Below, piece after piece: positions 50,679 through 60,801 of a stretch of DNA of 64,000 bases (position 1 is its first letter; each line of letters starts with the position of its first letter). This DNA is from Candidatus Multivorans sp. Lineage in GTDB: Bacteria; Acidobacteriota; Thermoanaerobaculia; Multivoradales; Multivoraceae. The stretch covers positions 3,744,001-3,808,000 of the forward strand of contig OZ245033.1 in the NCBI GenBank assembly GCA_965224025.1, written 5' to 3'. A program made the position numbers and the translations under genes. The notes beneath the pieces were generated by a model. It was not told where the DNA came from. It did not search any database and was given only the letters and a program-made list of their open reading frames with translations.

Positions 50679-50963
50679 TTGCCGGGTCGGTCAGGGAACA
50701 GGCTGCTCGCCGAGCGGGACTCCCGGGTGCCGGCCTGGGACGACCTGCCGGACGAGGAACGGCCCTGGTTCGAGCGCGCGATGGAGGTGTACGCCGCCCG
50801 GACCGACCGCATGGACCGCGGCATCGGCGAGGTTGTGGCAGCACTCGCCGCGCTGTGGGACGACTGGGCCGCCCGCACGGGCGTCGTCCCGTGGGCGCAA
50901 CTCATCGAGCGGCGAAGAGCCACGCGGGAAGCAAACCAGGGCTCTCGACACCGGCCCGCGTGA
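50679..50963 (+). pseudogene. Arylsulfatase remnant with large deletions
   Basis: RVPAWDDL...MEVYAA..DRMDRGIGEVV (mid-sulfatase) joined to ALWDDWAARTGVVPW (sulfatase C-terminus). Confidence 0.6.
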
Positions 50964-50976
50964 TACTCTGCCGGCC

Positions 50977-51603
50977 ATGCGAACCACGACTTTCCTAGCC
51001 GGCGCGGCCCTTGTCTGCGCTACCGTTTCTTCCGCTCGCGCCGCCGACGTTCCGGCCTCGGCGGAGAACATCCGGCCGCTCCTGGTCGGCAGCGCCGTAC
51101 CGGACGTCCTGCTTCCCACCGCCGACGGCGGCGAGGTCAATCTGCTCACCGAGGCGCAAGCCAAGCCGACGATCCTGATCTTCTACCGCGGCGGCTGGTG
51201 ACCGTACTGCAATACGCAACTGGGTCAGTTGCAAGAAATCGAGCAGGATCTGATCAACCTCGGCTACCAGTTGTTCGCCATCTCCCCCGACATCGCGGAC
51301 CAACTGCAGGCCACCGTCGACAAGAACGAGCTGCAGTACCGGCTGCTCTCCGACCGGGGCATGAAAGCCTCGCAGGCGTTCGGGATCGCCTTCCGCGACG
51401 AGGAGATCGTCCGGACCTACCGGGAGTCCTACCGGCTCGACCTCGAGGAGTACGCCGGGGACGATCACCACATGTTGCCCGTGCCAGCCGTCTTCGTGCT
51501 CGACACGAATGGGCGGATCGCCTTCCACTACGTGAATCCGGACTACCGGGTACGTCTGCCCGAAACCGTCCTGCTCGAGGCCGCCAAGGCGGCAGTCCAG
51601 TAG
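50977..51603 (+). CDS. Selenocysteine-containing peroxiredoxin-like (AhpC/TSA) protein, exported
   Basis: Signal peptide; FYRGGW-TGA-PYC gives a UxxC redox motif. The frame continues (AISPD, PVPAVFV, YVNPDYRVR) to the stop at 51603. Confidence 0.85.
51202..51235 (+). promoter_or_regulatory. Bacterial SECIS-like hairpin
   Basis: GCAACTG-GGT-CAGTTGC perfect stem (51216-51232) just downstream of the UGA at 51199-51201, with G in the apical loop. Confidence 0.7.
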
Positions 51604-51648
51604 CCGTCCGGGCCCAGTTGAGCCCGGCGCAGGCCTGAGTCAAGCGCG

Positions 51649-52911
51649 ATGGAAGCGAACCGGCAGGCGCTGGCGCGCAACGATCCCGCCGTCTGGGCGG
51701 CAATCGTCGGCGAGGAAGAGCGCGAACGGCGCGGCATCGAGCTGATTCCGTCCGAGAACTACACCTACCCCGAGGTGTTCGCGGCGAACGGCTCGGTGCT
51801 GACGAATAAGTATGCCGAGGGCTACCCCGGCCGCCGGTACTACGGCGGGCAGGAGTTTACCGATGCGGTCGAGCGGCTGGCGATCGAGCGCGCCTGCCGG
51901 GTGTTCCGATCCGAACACGCCAACGTGCAGGCGCTGTCCGGCTCGCCGATGAACCAGGCGGCCTACTTCGCTTTCCTGGATCCGGGCGACACGGTACTGG
52001 CGATGGACCTGTCGCACGGGGGCCACCTGACGCACGGCGCGCCGGTGTCCCATATGGGCAGAGTGTTCAACTTCATTCGCTACAAGACCGATCCCGACAA
52101 CGCCGGCGCGATCGACTTCCACGCCATGCTCGCTCAGGCCCGCGAACACCAGCCCAAGATGATCCTCTGCGGCTACTCCTCCTACCCGCGGGACTACGAC
52201 TACCGCGAGTTCAAGCGGATCGCGGACGACATCGGCGCGCTCACCATGGCGGATGTATCGCACATCGGCGGCCTGATCGCCGGCAACGCGATGTCCAACC
52301 CGATGGACCACGGTTTCGACGTGATGACCACGACCGGCCACAAGACCCTGCGCGGTCCCCGCAGCGGCCTGATTCTGTGCCGCGCCGAACACCGCCGGAA
52401 GATCGACAAGGCGGTCTTCCCGGGCCTCCAGGGCGGGCCGCACATGAACGCCGTGGCGGCGCTGGCAATCACCCTCGGCAAGGCGTTGGAACCCGACTTC
52501 GCGGTCTACGCCCGGCAGGTGCTGACCAACGCGAAGGTGCTGGCCGAGGAACTGCTCGACCGGGGCGCCGAACTGGTGACGGGCGGCACGGACAACCACA
52601 TGATGGTGCTCGACACCCAGGAGAGTTTCGGCATCGACGGACGCGTCGCGGAGGAGACCCTCGACAAGGTCTCGATCACGGTCAACAAGCAACTGATCCC
52701 CGACGACCCCCGGCCACCGCTCAGGCCGAGCGGCATCCGCCTCGGCAGCCCCGCGGCGACCACGCGGGGCATGGAAGAAGCCGAGATGAAGCTGCTCGCC
52801 GAGTGGATCGTTGACGCGCTGCGACGCCACGGCGACGACGAGCGTCTGGACGCCATGCGGCAGGACATCGAGAGATTCTGCCTGCGCTTTCCGGTGCCAG
52901 GCGTCCGGTAG
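51649..52911 (+). CDS. glyA: Serine hydroxymethyltransferase
   Basis: ELIPSENY, NKYAEGYPG.RYYGG, HGGHLTHG and TTTGHKTLRGPR. Confidence 0.95.
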   Translation: MEANRQALARNDPAVWAAIVGEEERERRGIELIPSENYTYPEVFAANGSVLTNKYAEGYPGRRYYGGQEFTDAVERLAIERACRVFRSEHANVQALSGSPMNQAAYFAFLDPGDTVLAMDLSHGGHLTHGAPVSHMGRVFNFIRYKTDPDNAGAIDFHAMLAQAREHQPKMILCGYSSYPRDYDYREFKRIADDIGALTMADVSHIGGLIAGNAMSNPMDHGFDVMTTTGHKTLRGPRSGLILCRAEHRRKIDKAVFPGLQGGPHMNAVAALAITLGKALEPDFAVYARQVLTNAKVLAEELLDRGAELVTGGTDNHMMVLDTQESFGIDGRVAEETLDKVSITVNKQLIPDDPRPPLRPSGIRLGSPAATTRGMEEAEMKLLAEWIVDALRRHGDDERLDAMRQDIERFCLRFPVPGVR

Positions 52912-52938
52912 CGCAACGTAGACAGCAGGAACGAAGCG

Positions 52939-53802
52939 ATGCCCCAGCAACCTACGTACGAGACGGTCCGTTACAACGTCGAAGACGGCGTGCTGGTGAT
53001 GACGCTGAACCGTCCCGAGCGCCTGAACGCCATGGGCGGCCAGATGATGCGGGAGATGATCGACGCTCTCGAACGTGCCGATGGAGACGATTCGGTACGC
53101 GCGGTGATCGTCACCGGCGAAGGACGCGGCTTCTGCGCCGGCGCCGATCTGTCCTCCGGCGGCGACACCTTCTCCCATCCGGAGGCGAACGTCGACACCT
53201 ACCGCGACGGCGGCGGCGTTCTGTCGCTCGCGATCTACAAGGTGCGCAAGCCGGTGATCGCCGCGATCAACGGCCCCGCGGTCGGCATCGGCATCACGAT
53301 GACCCTGCCGATGGACATCCGGCTGGCCTCGGCCGAGGCGCGAATGGGCTTCGTCTTCGTCCGTCGCGGCATGGTGCCCGAGGCCTGCAGCAGCTACTTC
53401 CTGCCCCGCCTGGTGGGAATGGGCCGAGCCTCCGAGTGGGCGCTGACCGGCCGGGTCTTCCCGGCGCGGGAGGCGCTGGAGGCGGGTCTCGTGAGCCGCG
53501 TCCTGCCGCCTGAGGAGTTGGTGCCGGCAGCACGCGAACTCGGCTTGGAGATCGCCGCGAACACTTCGCCGGTGTCGGTCGCGCTCACCCGGCACATGCT
53601 GTGGAAGGGGCTCGACGCCGACTCGCCGATGGCCGCGCACCGGGTCGAGTCGAAGGGCATCTACACGCGCGGCAGGAGCGACGACGCGAGAGAGGGGGTC
53701 ACTTCCTTCCTCGACAAGCGACCGGCCGCGTTTCCGATGAAAGTCAGCTCGGACATGCCGCCCTACTTCCCGTGGTGGGAGGACGAGCCCTTCCAGGAGT
53801 GA
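52939..53802 (+). CDS. Enoyl-CoA hydratase/isomerase (crotonase) family protein
   Basis: LNRPERLNA, FCAGADL and KPVIAAINGPAVGIG. Confidence 0.9.
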   Translation: MPQQPTYETVRYNVEDGVLVMTLNRPERLNAMGGQMMREMIDALERADGDDSVRAVIVTGEGRGFCAGADLSSGGDTFSHPEANVDTYRDGGGVLSLAIYKVRKPVIAAINGPAVGIGITMTLPMDIRLASAEARMGFVFVRRGMVPEACSSYFLPRLVGMGRASEWALTGRVFPAREALEAGLVSRVLPPEELVPAARELGLEIAANTSPVSVALTRHMLWKGLDADSPMAAHRVESKGIYTRGRSDDAREGVTSFLDKRPAAFPMKVSSDMPPYFPWWEDEPFQE

Positions 53803-53893
53803 GCGCGGCAAGACGCAACGACGTGAGTAGCGACGCGCTCACTCCTGGAGACGTGGGGGCTGGGGCTAAACTCCGATCCGCAAGGAGAGGCGT

Positions 53894-55231
53894 TTGGCGG
53901 CGCTAGAAGGCAACGGCAGCGGGTCGCAACCTGCCGCCCGCTGCGGGGCGGTGGCGTCCTGGTGTCTCTACGACTGGGCCAACTCCGCCTTCACCACCCT
54001 GGTGGTGACCTTCGTCTACGCCACGTACTTCTCGCAGACTTTCGCAGAGGACGCGGACCGGGGCACCGCGCTGTGGTCGCGCGGGATCACGATCAGCTCG
54101 CTGATCATCGCTCTGATCTCACCGATGCTCGGAGCGATGGCGGACCGCTCGGGCCTTCGCCGCCGCTTCCTGATGGTTGCCACCCTGGTCTCGGTCGGGG
54201 CCACCGCCTGGCTGACCTTCATCGTCCCGGGAAGCGGCAACGCCGTCCTCGCGGCTCTCGTCCTGTTCGTGGTCGCGAACGTCGGTTTCGAGGTCGGCAT
54301 GGTGTTCTACAACTCCTTCCTCCCCCAGTTGTCGACGCCTCGGACGATCGGACGGATCTCCGGCTACGCCTGGGGTCTCGGCTACGCCGGCGGCCTGGTC
54401 TGCCTGGTCGTCGCGTTGCTCGGGCTGATCGGTCTCGGCGAGGGCGCGCCCTGGCTTCCACTCAGCACGGAGGACGGCTTCAACGTCCGCGCCTCGAACC
54501 TGCTGGTCGGGCTTTGGTTCCTGATCTTCAGCCTGCCGGCGCTCATTCTTCTGCGCGACGAGGTCACGCCGCGCGCCGCTACGTCCGCCGGCGGCGCGGT
54601 CGCGTCCATTCGCAGGGCCTTCCAGGATCTCCGCCGTACGCTGACCCGCATCCGCGACTTCAAGGACATCGTCCGCTTTCTGGTTGCGCGTCTGATCTAC
54701 AACGACGGCCTGATCACCGTGTTCGCCTTCGGCGGCGTCTACGCCGCGGGCACGTTCGGCATGGACACGAGCGAGGTGATCGTGTTCGGCATCGCGCTGA
54801 ACGTGACGGCCGGGCTGGGCGCGTTCCTGTTCGGCCTCGTTGACGACAGGGTGGGCGGCCGCACCACCGTGCTCTGGAGCCTCGTCGGCCTGTTCGTCTG
54901 CTCCCTGGTCGCGGTGGCGGCGCCGAACCGGACCTGGTTCTGGGCCGCGGCGCTGGTGCTGGGCCTCTTCATGGGCCCCAACCAGTCCGCGAGCCGGTCG
55001 CTGATGGGTCGCTTTGCGCCGAAGCGCTATGAGTCCGAGTTCTTCGGCTTCTTCGCCTTTTCGGGCAAGGCGACGGCATTCCTGGGTCCGATGCTGCTGG
55101 GTCTCATCACCGCCGGCTACGGGCAGCGCGCCGGCATCGCGGTGGTTCTGGCGTTCTTCCTGGTCGGCGGCCTGCTGCTGCTCCGGGTTGATGAGGGGCG
55201 CGGCATCGAACGGGCTGGGAACAGCCCGTAG
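53894..55231 (+). CDS. MFS transporter (UMF1/Atg22-like)
   Basis: W.LYDWANSAF, FYNSFLP, GPNQSASRS and EFFGF. Confidence 0.88.
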   Translation: MAALEGNGSGSQPAARCGAVASWCLYDWANSAFTTLVVTFVYATYFSQTFAEDADRGTALWSRGITISSLIIALISPMLGAMADRSGLRRRFLMVATLVSVGATAWLTFIVPGSGNAVLAALVLFVVANVGFEVGMVFYNSFLPQLSTPRTIGRISGYAWGLGYAGGLVCLVVALLGLIGLGEGAPWLPLSTEDGFNVRASNLLVGLWFLIFSLPALILLRDEVTPRAATSAGGAVASIRRAFQDLRRTLTRIRDFKDIVRFLVARLIYNDGLITVFAFGGVYAAGTFGMDTSEVIVFGIALNVTAGLGAFLFGLVDDRVGGRTTVLWSLVGLFVCSLVAVAAPNRTWFWAAALVLGLFMGPNQSASRSLMGRFAPKRYESEFFGFFAFSGKATAFLGPMLLGLITAGYGQRAGIAVVLAFFLVGGLLLLRVDEGRGIERAGNSP

Positions 55232-55278
55232 CGTCGTCAACAAACCACGGCGAATCCACGTAGAAGGAGAGGGGAGCG

Positions 55279-55917
55279 ATGGAGGCAGTCAGCAACTGGT
55301 GGGGTTCACTGGAGGGGGCGTACCGCGTCTTCTACGCGCTCGGCATCGTCTCCGCCCTGGCCTTACTGATCCAGGTCGTCCTCACCGTCTTCGGGCTCGA
55401 CGATCTTCTCGACGCCGTCGACGGCGAAGGGACTTCTCTGCTCTCGCTGCGCACCGTCAGCGGTTTTCTGGCCGGCTTCGGCTGGACCGGCGTCGTGATG
55501 ATGCGAGCCGGCTACTCGACCCTGGCCGCGTCGGTCGGCGGCACCGTCGTCGGTCTGCTGTTTGCCGGCATCCTGTTCCTGATCATGCGCGTGCTGATGG
55601 GCCTGCGCCACAGCGGCACGGTCGACTACCGGAACGCGGTCGGCGTGGCGGGCAAGGTCTACGCGCCGATAGGCGCCAGTCTCAGGAAACCCGGCCAGGT
55701 CGAAGTCCTCGTCCAGGGCAGGCTGCGGACAGTCGCCGCGATGACGCGCCACGACACCGACTTGCCCACCCTGACCCGCATTCGCGTGGTCGACATCCTC
55801 GATCCCAACACCCTGCTCGTCGCTCCCCTCGACGCGGAGGCGCACGCCGAACCTGGGAACGCGGGCGTCTCGCCCGCATCCGGCGCCAGCCATGGGCGAG
55901 ATCGGCAAGAGCAATAG
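55279..55917 (+). CDS. NfeD-like membrane protein (flotillin partner)
   Basis: Three TMs plus OB-fold C-terminus (G.VY..I, GQVEV.VQG); directly upstream of flotillin. Confidence 0.75.
   Translation: MEAVSNWWGSLEGAYRVFYALGIVSALALLIQVVLTVFGLDDLLDAVDGEGTSLLSLRTVSGFLAGFGWTGVVMMRAGYSTLAASVGGTVVGLLFAGILFLIMRVLMGLRHSGTVDYRNAVGVAGKVYAPIGASLRKPGQVEVLVQGRLRTVAAMTRHDTDLPTLTRIRVVDILDPNTLLVAPLDAEAHAEPGNAGVSPASGASHGRDRQEQ
55852..55883 (+). repeat. REP-like palindromic element, copy 2 (inside the nfeD-like 3' end)
   Basis: 32/32 identical to 15155-15186; translated as PGNAGVSPAS. Confidence 0.8.
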
Positions 55918-55940
55918 CAATCCCTTAGGAGAACAATCAC

Positions 55941-57368
55941 GTGGACCTGATCATCCTCATCCTGTCCGCCCTGGCGGCGGTCCTGATCCTCATCTTCTCG
56001 CTCTCGAGCCGTTACCGGCGCTGCCCGTCGGACCGCATCCTCGTGGTCTACGGCAAGATCGGCGGCACCGGCTCGGCGAAGTGCTACCACGGCGGCGCCG
56101 CCTTCATCATTCCGATCCTGCAGGCGCACCAGTTCCTCGATCTCGAACCGATGACGATGGACATCAACCTGACCGGCGCCCTGTCGAAGCAGAACATCCG
56201 CGTCAACTGCCCGTCGACGTTCACGGTCGGCATCTCCACCGAATCCGGGGTGATGGAGAACGCCGCCGAGCGGCTGCTGGGCATGCAAATGGAGCGCGTC
56301 TCCGCGCTCGCGCGCGACATCATCTTCGGTCAGATGCGCGTCGTTCTGGCGACGATGCCGATCGAGGAGATCAACGCCGACCGCGACAAGCTGATCGAGA
56401 ACATCTCAAACGGCGTCGAGGTCGAGTTGAAGAAGGTCGGCCTGCGGCTGATCAACGTGAACATCCAGGACATCACGGACGAGTCCGGCTACATCGACGC
56501 GCTCGGCAAGGAAGCGGCCGCGCGCGCGATCAACGAGGCGAAGGTCAAGGTCGCCGAGCAGGAGCGTGACGGCGAAGTCGGCGCCGCGGCCGCCGAGCGC
56601 GACCGGCGCATTCAGGTCGCCCAGTCCCTGGCGACCGCCCAGGAGGGCGAGAACGAATCCGCGGTGCGGGTCGCCCAGTCCGACTCCAGTCGAAGAAAGG
56701 AAGAGGCCGAGGCCGAGCGCGACGCCTCCGCCGCCGAGAAGGTCAAGGCGGCCCAGGCGCTGCAGGAGGCATACGCCGCCCAGGAAGAGTCCGAGGTCGC
56801 TCGCGCCAGCCGCGAACAGGCCACACAGCGCGCCGACGTCGTGGTGCCGGCCGAGATCAAGAAGGAAGAGATCGCCACCCTGGCCGAGGCCGAGGCGGAA
56901 CGCAATCGGCGTCTCAAGAGGGGTGAGGCGGACGGTATCCAGTCTCTGACCGAAGCCGACGCGGACCGCATCCAGCGCCTCCAGGAAGCGGAAGCCGCCG
57001 GTATCGAGGCGGTGCTGTCGAAGAAGGCCCAGGGCTTCGACCGGATCGTCGAAGCGATAGGCGGCGCCGACAACGCGGCCCTGCTGCTGGTCACCGAGCA
57101 GCTCCCGAAGCTGGTCGAAGAGCAGGTCAAGGCGATTGCGGGCCTCAAGATCGACAACGTGACCGTGTGGGACTCGGGCCGCGGCGAGAACGGCAAGACG
57201 GCGACCGCGGACTTCGTCTCCGGCCTCGTCGGCGCCCTGCCGCCGCTGCACGAACTGACGAAGAACGTCGGGATCAAGCTGCCGGAGTACCTGGGCAGCC
57301 GCGACGACGGCGAAGGCGACTCACCCGCTTCGTCACCTGACGAACCAGAGGCCGATCCCGAACCCTGA
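55941..57368 (+). CDS. Flotillin/SPFH-family protein
   Basis: RYRRCPSD.ILVVYG, NAAERLLG, NVNIQDITD, AEA-rich coiled coil and KIDNVTVWD. Confidence 0.9.
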   Translation: MDLIILILSALAAVLILIFSLSSRYRRCPSDRILVVYGKIGGTGSAKCYHGGAAFIIPILQAHQFLDLEPMTMDINLTGALSKQNIRVNCPSTFTVGISTESGVMENAAERLLGMQMERVSALARDIIFGQMRVVLATMPIEEINADRDKLIENISNGVEVELKKVGLRLINVNIQDITDESGYIDALGKEAAARAINEAKVKVAEQERDGEVGAAAAERDRRIQVAQSLATAQEGENESAVRVAQSDSSRRKEEAEAERDASAAEKVKAAQALQEAYAAQEESEVARASREQATQRADVVVPAEIKKEEIATLAEAEAERNRRLKRGEADGIQSLTEADADRIQRLQEAEAAGIEAVLSKKAQGFDRIVEAIGGADNAALLLVTEQLPKLVEEQVKAIAGLKIDNVTVWDSGRGENGKTATADFVSGLVGALPPLHELTKNVGIKLPEYLGSRDDGEGDSPASSPDEPEADPEP

Positions 57369-57400
57369 AACCCCTGCGCGAGAAGCGCAGCCGGCAGAAA

Positions 57401-57431
57401 CTGGATGCACCGGCCTCTGGCCGGCATCCGG
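57401..57431 (+). repeat. REP-like element, variant copy 3
   Basis: CTGGATGCACCGGCCTCTGGCCGGCATCCGG aligns without gaps to copies 1 and 2, with two compensatory stem changes; lies between convergent genes. Confidence 0.6.
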
Positions 57432-57464
57432 CGCGAAGCGCCGGCCTCTGGGAATTCTGCCGCG

Positions 57465-57704
57465 CTACGTGATGTCGCGCAGCGTCAGGCCCTGACTCTT
57501 GAGATAGGGCACCAGACCCTTCTTGTCGATCGTCCGCAGTGCGCGCGTCGACACCTTGAGCTTGATCGTCCGCTTGAGCTCGGGGACGTACAGCCGCTTG
57601 GCCTGGATGTTCGGCCGCTGCCACTTGTTCGTGACGTTGTGCGCGTGAGAGATGTTATGGCCGCTGAGCGGCTTCTTGCCGGTGATCTGGCAGGTTCTGG
57701 GCAT
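57465..57704 (-). CDS. rpmB: 50S ribosomal protein L28
   Basis: CQITGKKP..G.N.SHAHN.T...Q.PN and LKVSTRALRTIDKKG. Confidence 0.95.
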   Translation of the reverse strand: MPRTCQITGKKPLSGHNISHAHNVTNKWQRPNIQAKRLYVPELKRTIKLKVSTRALRTIDKKGLVPYLKSQGLTLRDIT

Positions 57705-57858
57705 GTCGACTCCATCGCCACGGTGTGACCCGCATCCGGCGCCGCGGCGGTCTCGTTGGGCGCGCGATCATAGCAGCGAAAGACGTTTCGTTGCCGAGCG
57801 CCCCGTGCCTGACTGCTACGCTGACACAACCACATCCTGACGACAAGGGAGGCCCACC

Positions 57859-59717
57859 GTGAACGAACTGGTCTACCGTTTCCTCCGCAACGATCTCTCT
57901 CGCCGCGGCTTCATCCAGGCCCTGACGGCGCTCGGTCTGACCGGCACGATTGCCGAGTCCACGGCGAACGCGGCGGCAGCCGCGGCGAACACCGACGCCG
58001 ACTCGGGCAGCCGCACAGCAGCCGGCACCGGCGGCGAGTTGATGGTCGAGCAGATGGCCGCGGCCGGCACCCGCTTCCTGTTCACGAACCCCGGCTCGTT
58101 CGAGGTCGGGTTCTTCGACGCCTTCCTCGACCGCCCGGGCATGCAGCTCATCATGGGGCTGCACGAAGGCATCGTCATCTCGATGGCCGACGGCTACCAC
58201 AAGGCCTCCGGCGAACCCGGCTTCGTCAACGTTCACGTCATCGCCGGTACCGCACAGTCCGCCGGTCAGCTCTACAACTCGAGCCGGGACGGCTCGGCGC
58301 TGATCGTCACCGCCGGCCTGCTCGACAACGAGATGCAGGACGACAACCTGCTGCTGGGGCCCAGGCCCGGCTTCGACCAGAAGGACGTGAACCGCCAATT
58401 CACGAAGATGTCCTGGGAGACCCGCGACCCCGGCTCGATCCCGGTCATGCTCCGCCGGGCCTTCAAAGTGGCGACGACTGCTCCCGGCGGCCCGACCTAC
58501 CTGGCCCTGGCCAACCACGCCCTGGAGGCCAAGGGAGTCAGCGCCGCGATCCACGACCGCGCGTCCTTCATCATCCCGGACGACATTCCGGCCCGCGACG
58601 AGGACATCGAGGCGGTGGCGCGGATGCTGATCGAGGCCGAGGCGCCGATCATCCACGTCGGCGACGAAGTCAGCAAGGCCGGGGCGCAGCCGGCGGCGCT
58701 CGAGCTGGCCGAACTCCTGCAGGTCCCGGTGGGCGACGTGAACTGCCGTTCCACAGCTTCCCGCGCATGCATCCGCTGTATGCCGGCGGCTACAGCAGCC
58801 GCGACCGCGACTTCGTCCTCCGCATCGGCGTCGGCGACATCGGCGGCACCGCCGCCGCCGGCCCTGACGCCGAGGGCTCGCAGAGCGCCTGGATCGGCCT
58901 GAACACGGGCGCGATCGGCGGCGACCGGCCCTTCGGCCGCGCGGTCGTCGCGAACACGAAGCTCGCAACCGAGGCCCTGGTGGAGGCGGTCGAATCGCTC
59001 ACCACCGAAGAGCGGCGGAAGAAGATCCGCGCGTCACGCCCGGAGGCCGCGCGCAAGCCACCCCAGCTCGACCGAGCGAACGTCGGCCGCAGCCCCATCC
59101 ACGCCGACGAGCTGGGCCATGTACTCGAGACGGAACTCGACCCGAACGCGATCATCGTCAGTGAGAACCTGAGCGGCTCGAACCAGTTCTTCTCCACCGG
59201 TCACCGCGACAACGAAAAGACCTGGCTCGCCACTTCCGGCGCCGGGCTCGGCTGGGGCATCGGCGCTTCGACCGGCGCCAAGCTCGGCCAGCCGGATCGC
59301 CAGGTCGTCTGCAACATCGGCGACGGCTCGGTGATGTACAGCGCCTCCGGCTTCTGGACCCAGGCCCGCTACGGAGTTCCGGTCCTGACGGTGGTCACCA
59401 ACAACCGGAACTACCAGACCGTCCGCCTCGCCTACGCCCGCTACGACGGCAAGATGAAGGAGGCGAACCGCTACACCGGCATGCACCTCGGCGATCCCGA
59501 CATCGACTTCGCCGGCCTCGCCCGAAGCCAGGGCGTCGACGGCGTGACCGTCGAGTCGGCGGCAGACATCCGCCCAGCGATCCGCCGCGGCATCGAGGCC
59601 ACCCGCGCCGGCGAACCCTTCCTCGTCGACGCGGTCGTCGACCGCAAGGGCGACGGCGGCGACTCGACCTGGCACCAGGAGTTCCGGCTTGCCGACGAAC
59701 GGACGAAGTCGGTGTAA
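57859..59717 (+). pseudogene. Thiamine pyrophosphate-binding enzyme (benzoylformate decarboxylase-like) with Tat-like leader, frameshifted at ~58742
   Basis: NPGSFE and LHEG...MADGY in one frame; LPFHSFP..HPLY, GLGWGIG and GDGS...NN.Y TPP motif in the next. Could be a sequencing indel. Confidence 0.75.
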
Positions 59718-59739
59718 CGGTCCGCGGACCGCCGTACTT

Positions 59740-60476
59740 CTACTCTGCCTCGGCGCCCGCCTGACCGGGCGGGCCGGCGCCTGGAACCTCGGCCTGCTGA
59801 CCGTGGGGACCGAGGCTGTTGCGGCGGGGAATCGGCCCGCGGCAGCCGCCGCCCAGCACAGTGTCGTCCGCCTCAAACGCGATCTCGGGCACCGTTCCAG
59901 TGTCGGCATGATCTACACCGAACGCGATCCGCGCGGCGGTGAACAGAACCGGCTCTACGGCGGCGATCTCGACTACAAGCCGACCCGCCAGTCCACCTTC
60001 TACCTGTTCGGGGCCGCCAGCGAAGATCAGGGGCGGAGCGGAGACACAGGCGCTCTCGGCACCGGGTACAGCTACACATCGCGCAGCCTGCGCGCGAACG
60101 TCGATCTGATGGAGTCCCAGGCCGAGTTCAGTCCCGGCTCCGGTTTTCTCCTGCGTCGCGACTTCCGCCGCTACAATCCGAGGGTGCGCTGGGAACCGCG
60201 GATCAACCGCGGCGGCGTCCGCAGCCTGACGCTGGAGGCTCAACTCGACTCCGGCTCGATGCCGCCTTCAGCCCGGACCTTCGCCTCAATACGCTCGCGC
60301 AGTACAACGACGCGGCGGAGCTGGCCGGCATCAACGTGCGTTTCAACTGGATCTACAAACCCGGCGCCAATCTCTTCGTCGTCTACAACCACAACTGGGA
60401 AGCCCCGACCTTCACCGCCCGGGAAACGGCGCGCCGCGAACTGATCGTCAAGTTCAACTACCTCTGGCAGCCTTGA
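59740..60476 (+). pseudogene. DUF5916-like outer membrane protein remnant (5' truncated, internal deletion and frameshift)
   Basis: GARLTGR.G.W.LG.L, RLKRD...SSVG and GFL.R.D, then a shifted frame QYN......NVRFNWIYKPG.NLFVVYN...LIVKFNYLW to the stop at 60476. Confidence 0.65.
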
Positions 60477-60519
60477 ACGACGAAATCGAAGACGCAGGGA
60501 GCTTCCGGAGGATCACGGT

Positions 60520-60755
60520 CGCTCGCTGCAACGGCACTGTCACTGCAGGTCTGGCCGCTCGTAGCGGTGCTTCTTGGGTCGCCCGACGAGTCGGTCAGAG
60601 CCAGGTCGAGACATAGCCAGCCGAACCCGCGGGGAAAAGGCGCGCTCTCGGCAGCTCGCACTCGATCCGCACAAGGTCAGAATGATAGCCTTCCTGCCCG
60701 GCGCCAGCATCGTGCTGAGCAGTGAGATTCGCGCCGTAGACCTCGCCTGCCCTCG
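60520..60755 (+). pseudogene. Degenerate copy of the downstream repeat-family unit
   Basis: LSLQVWPL and HKVRMIAFLPGASIVL.SE...VDLACP match parts of the downstream units. Confidence 0.55.
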
Positions 60756-60801
60756 AACGTGGAACGGTGACGGTCAACCTTGGCTGCCCCAGCTCCGGCA
60801 G

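Noticed and set aside
51604-51648. Riboswitch (ZTP/THF) upstream of glyA
   Set aside because: The intergenic gap is only 45 nt, with a simple GC hairpin; too short, and no aptamer consensus seen.
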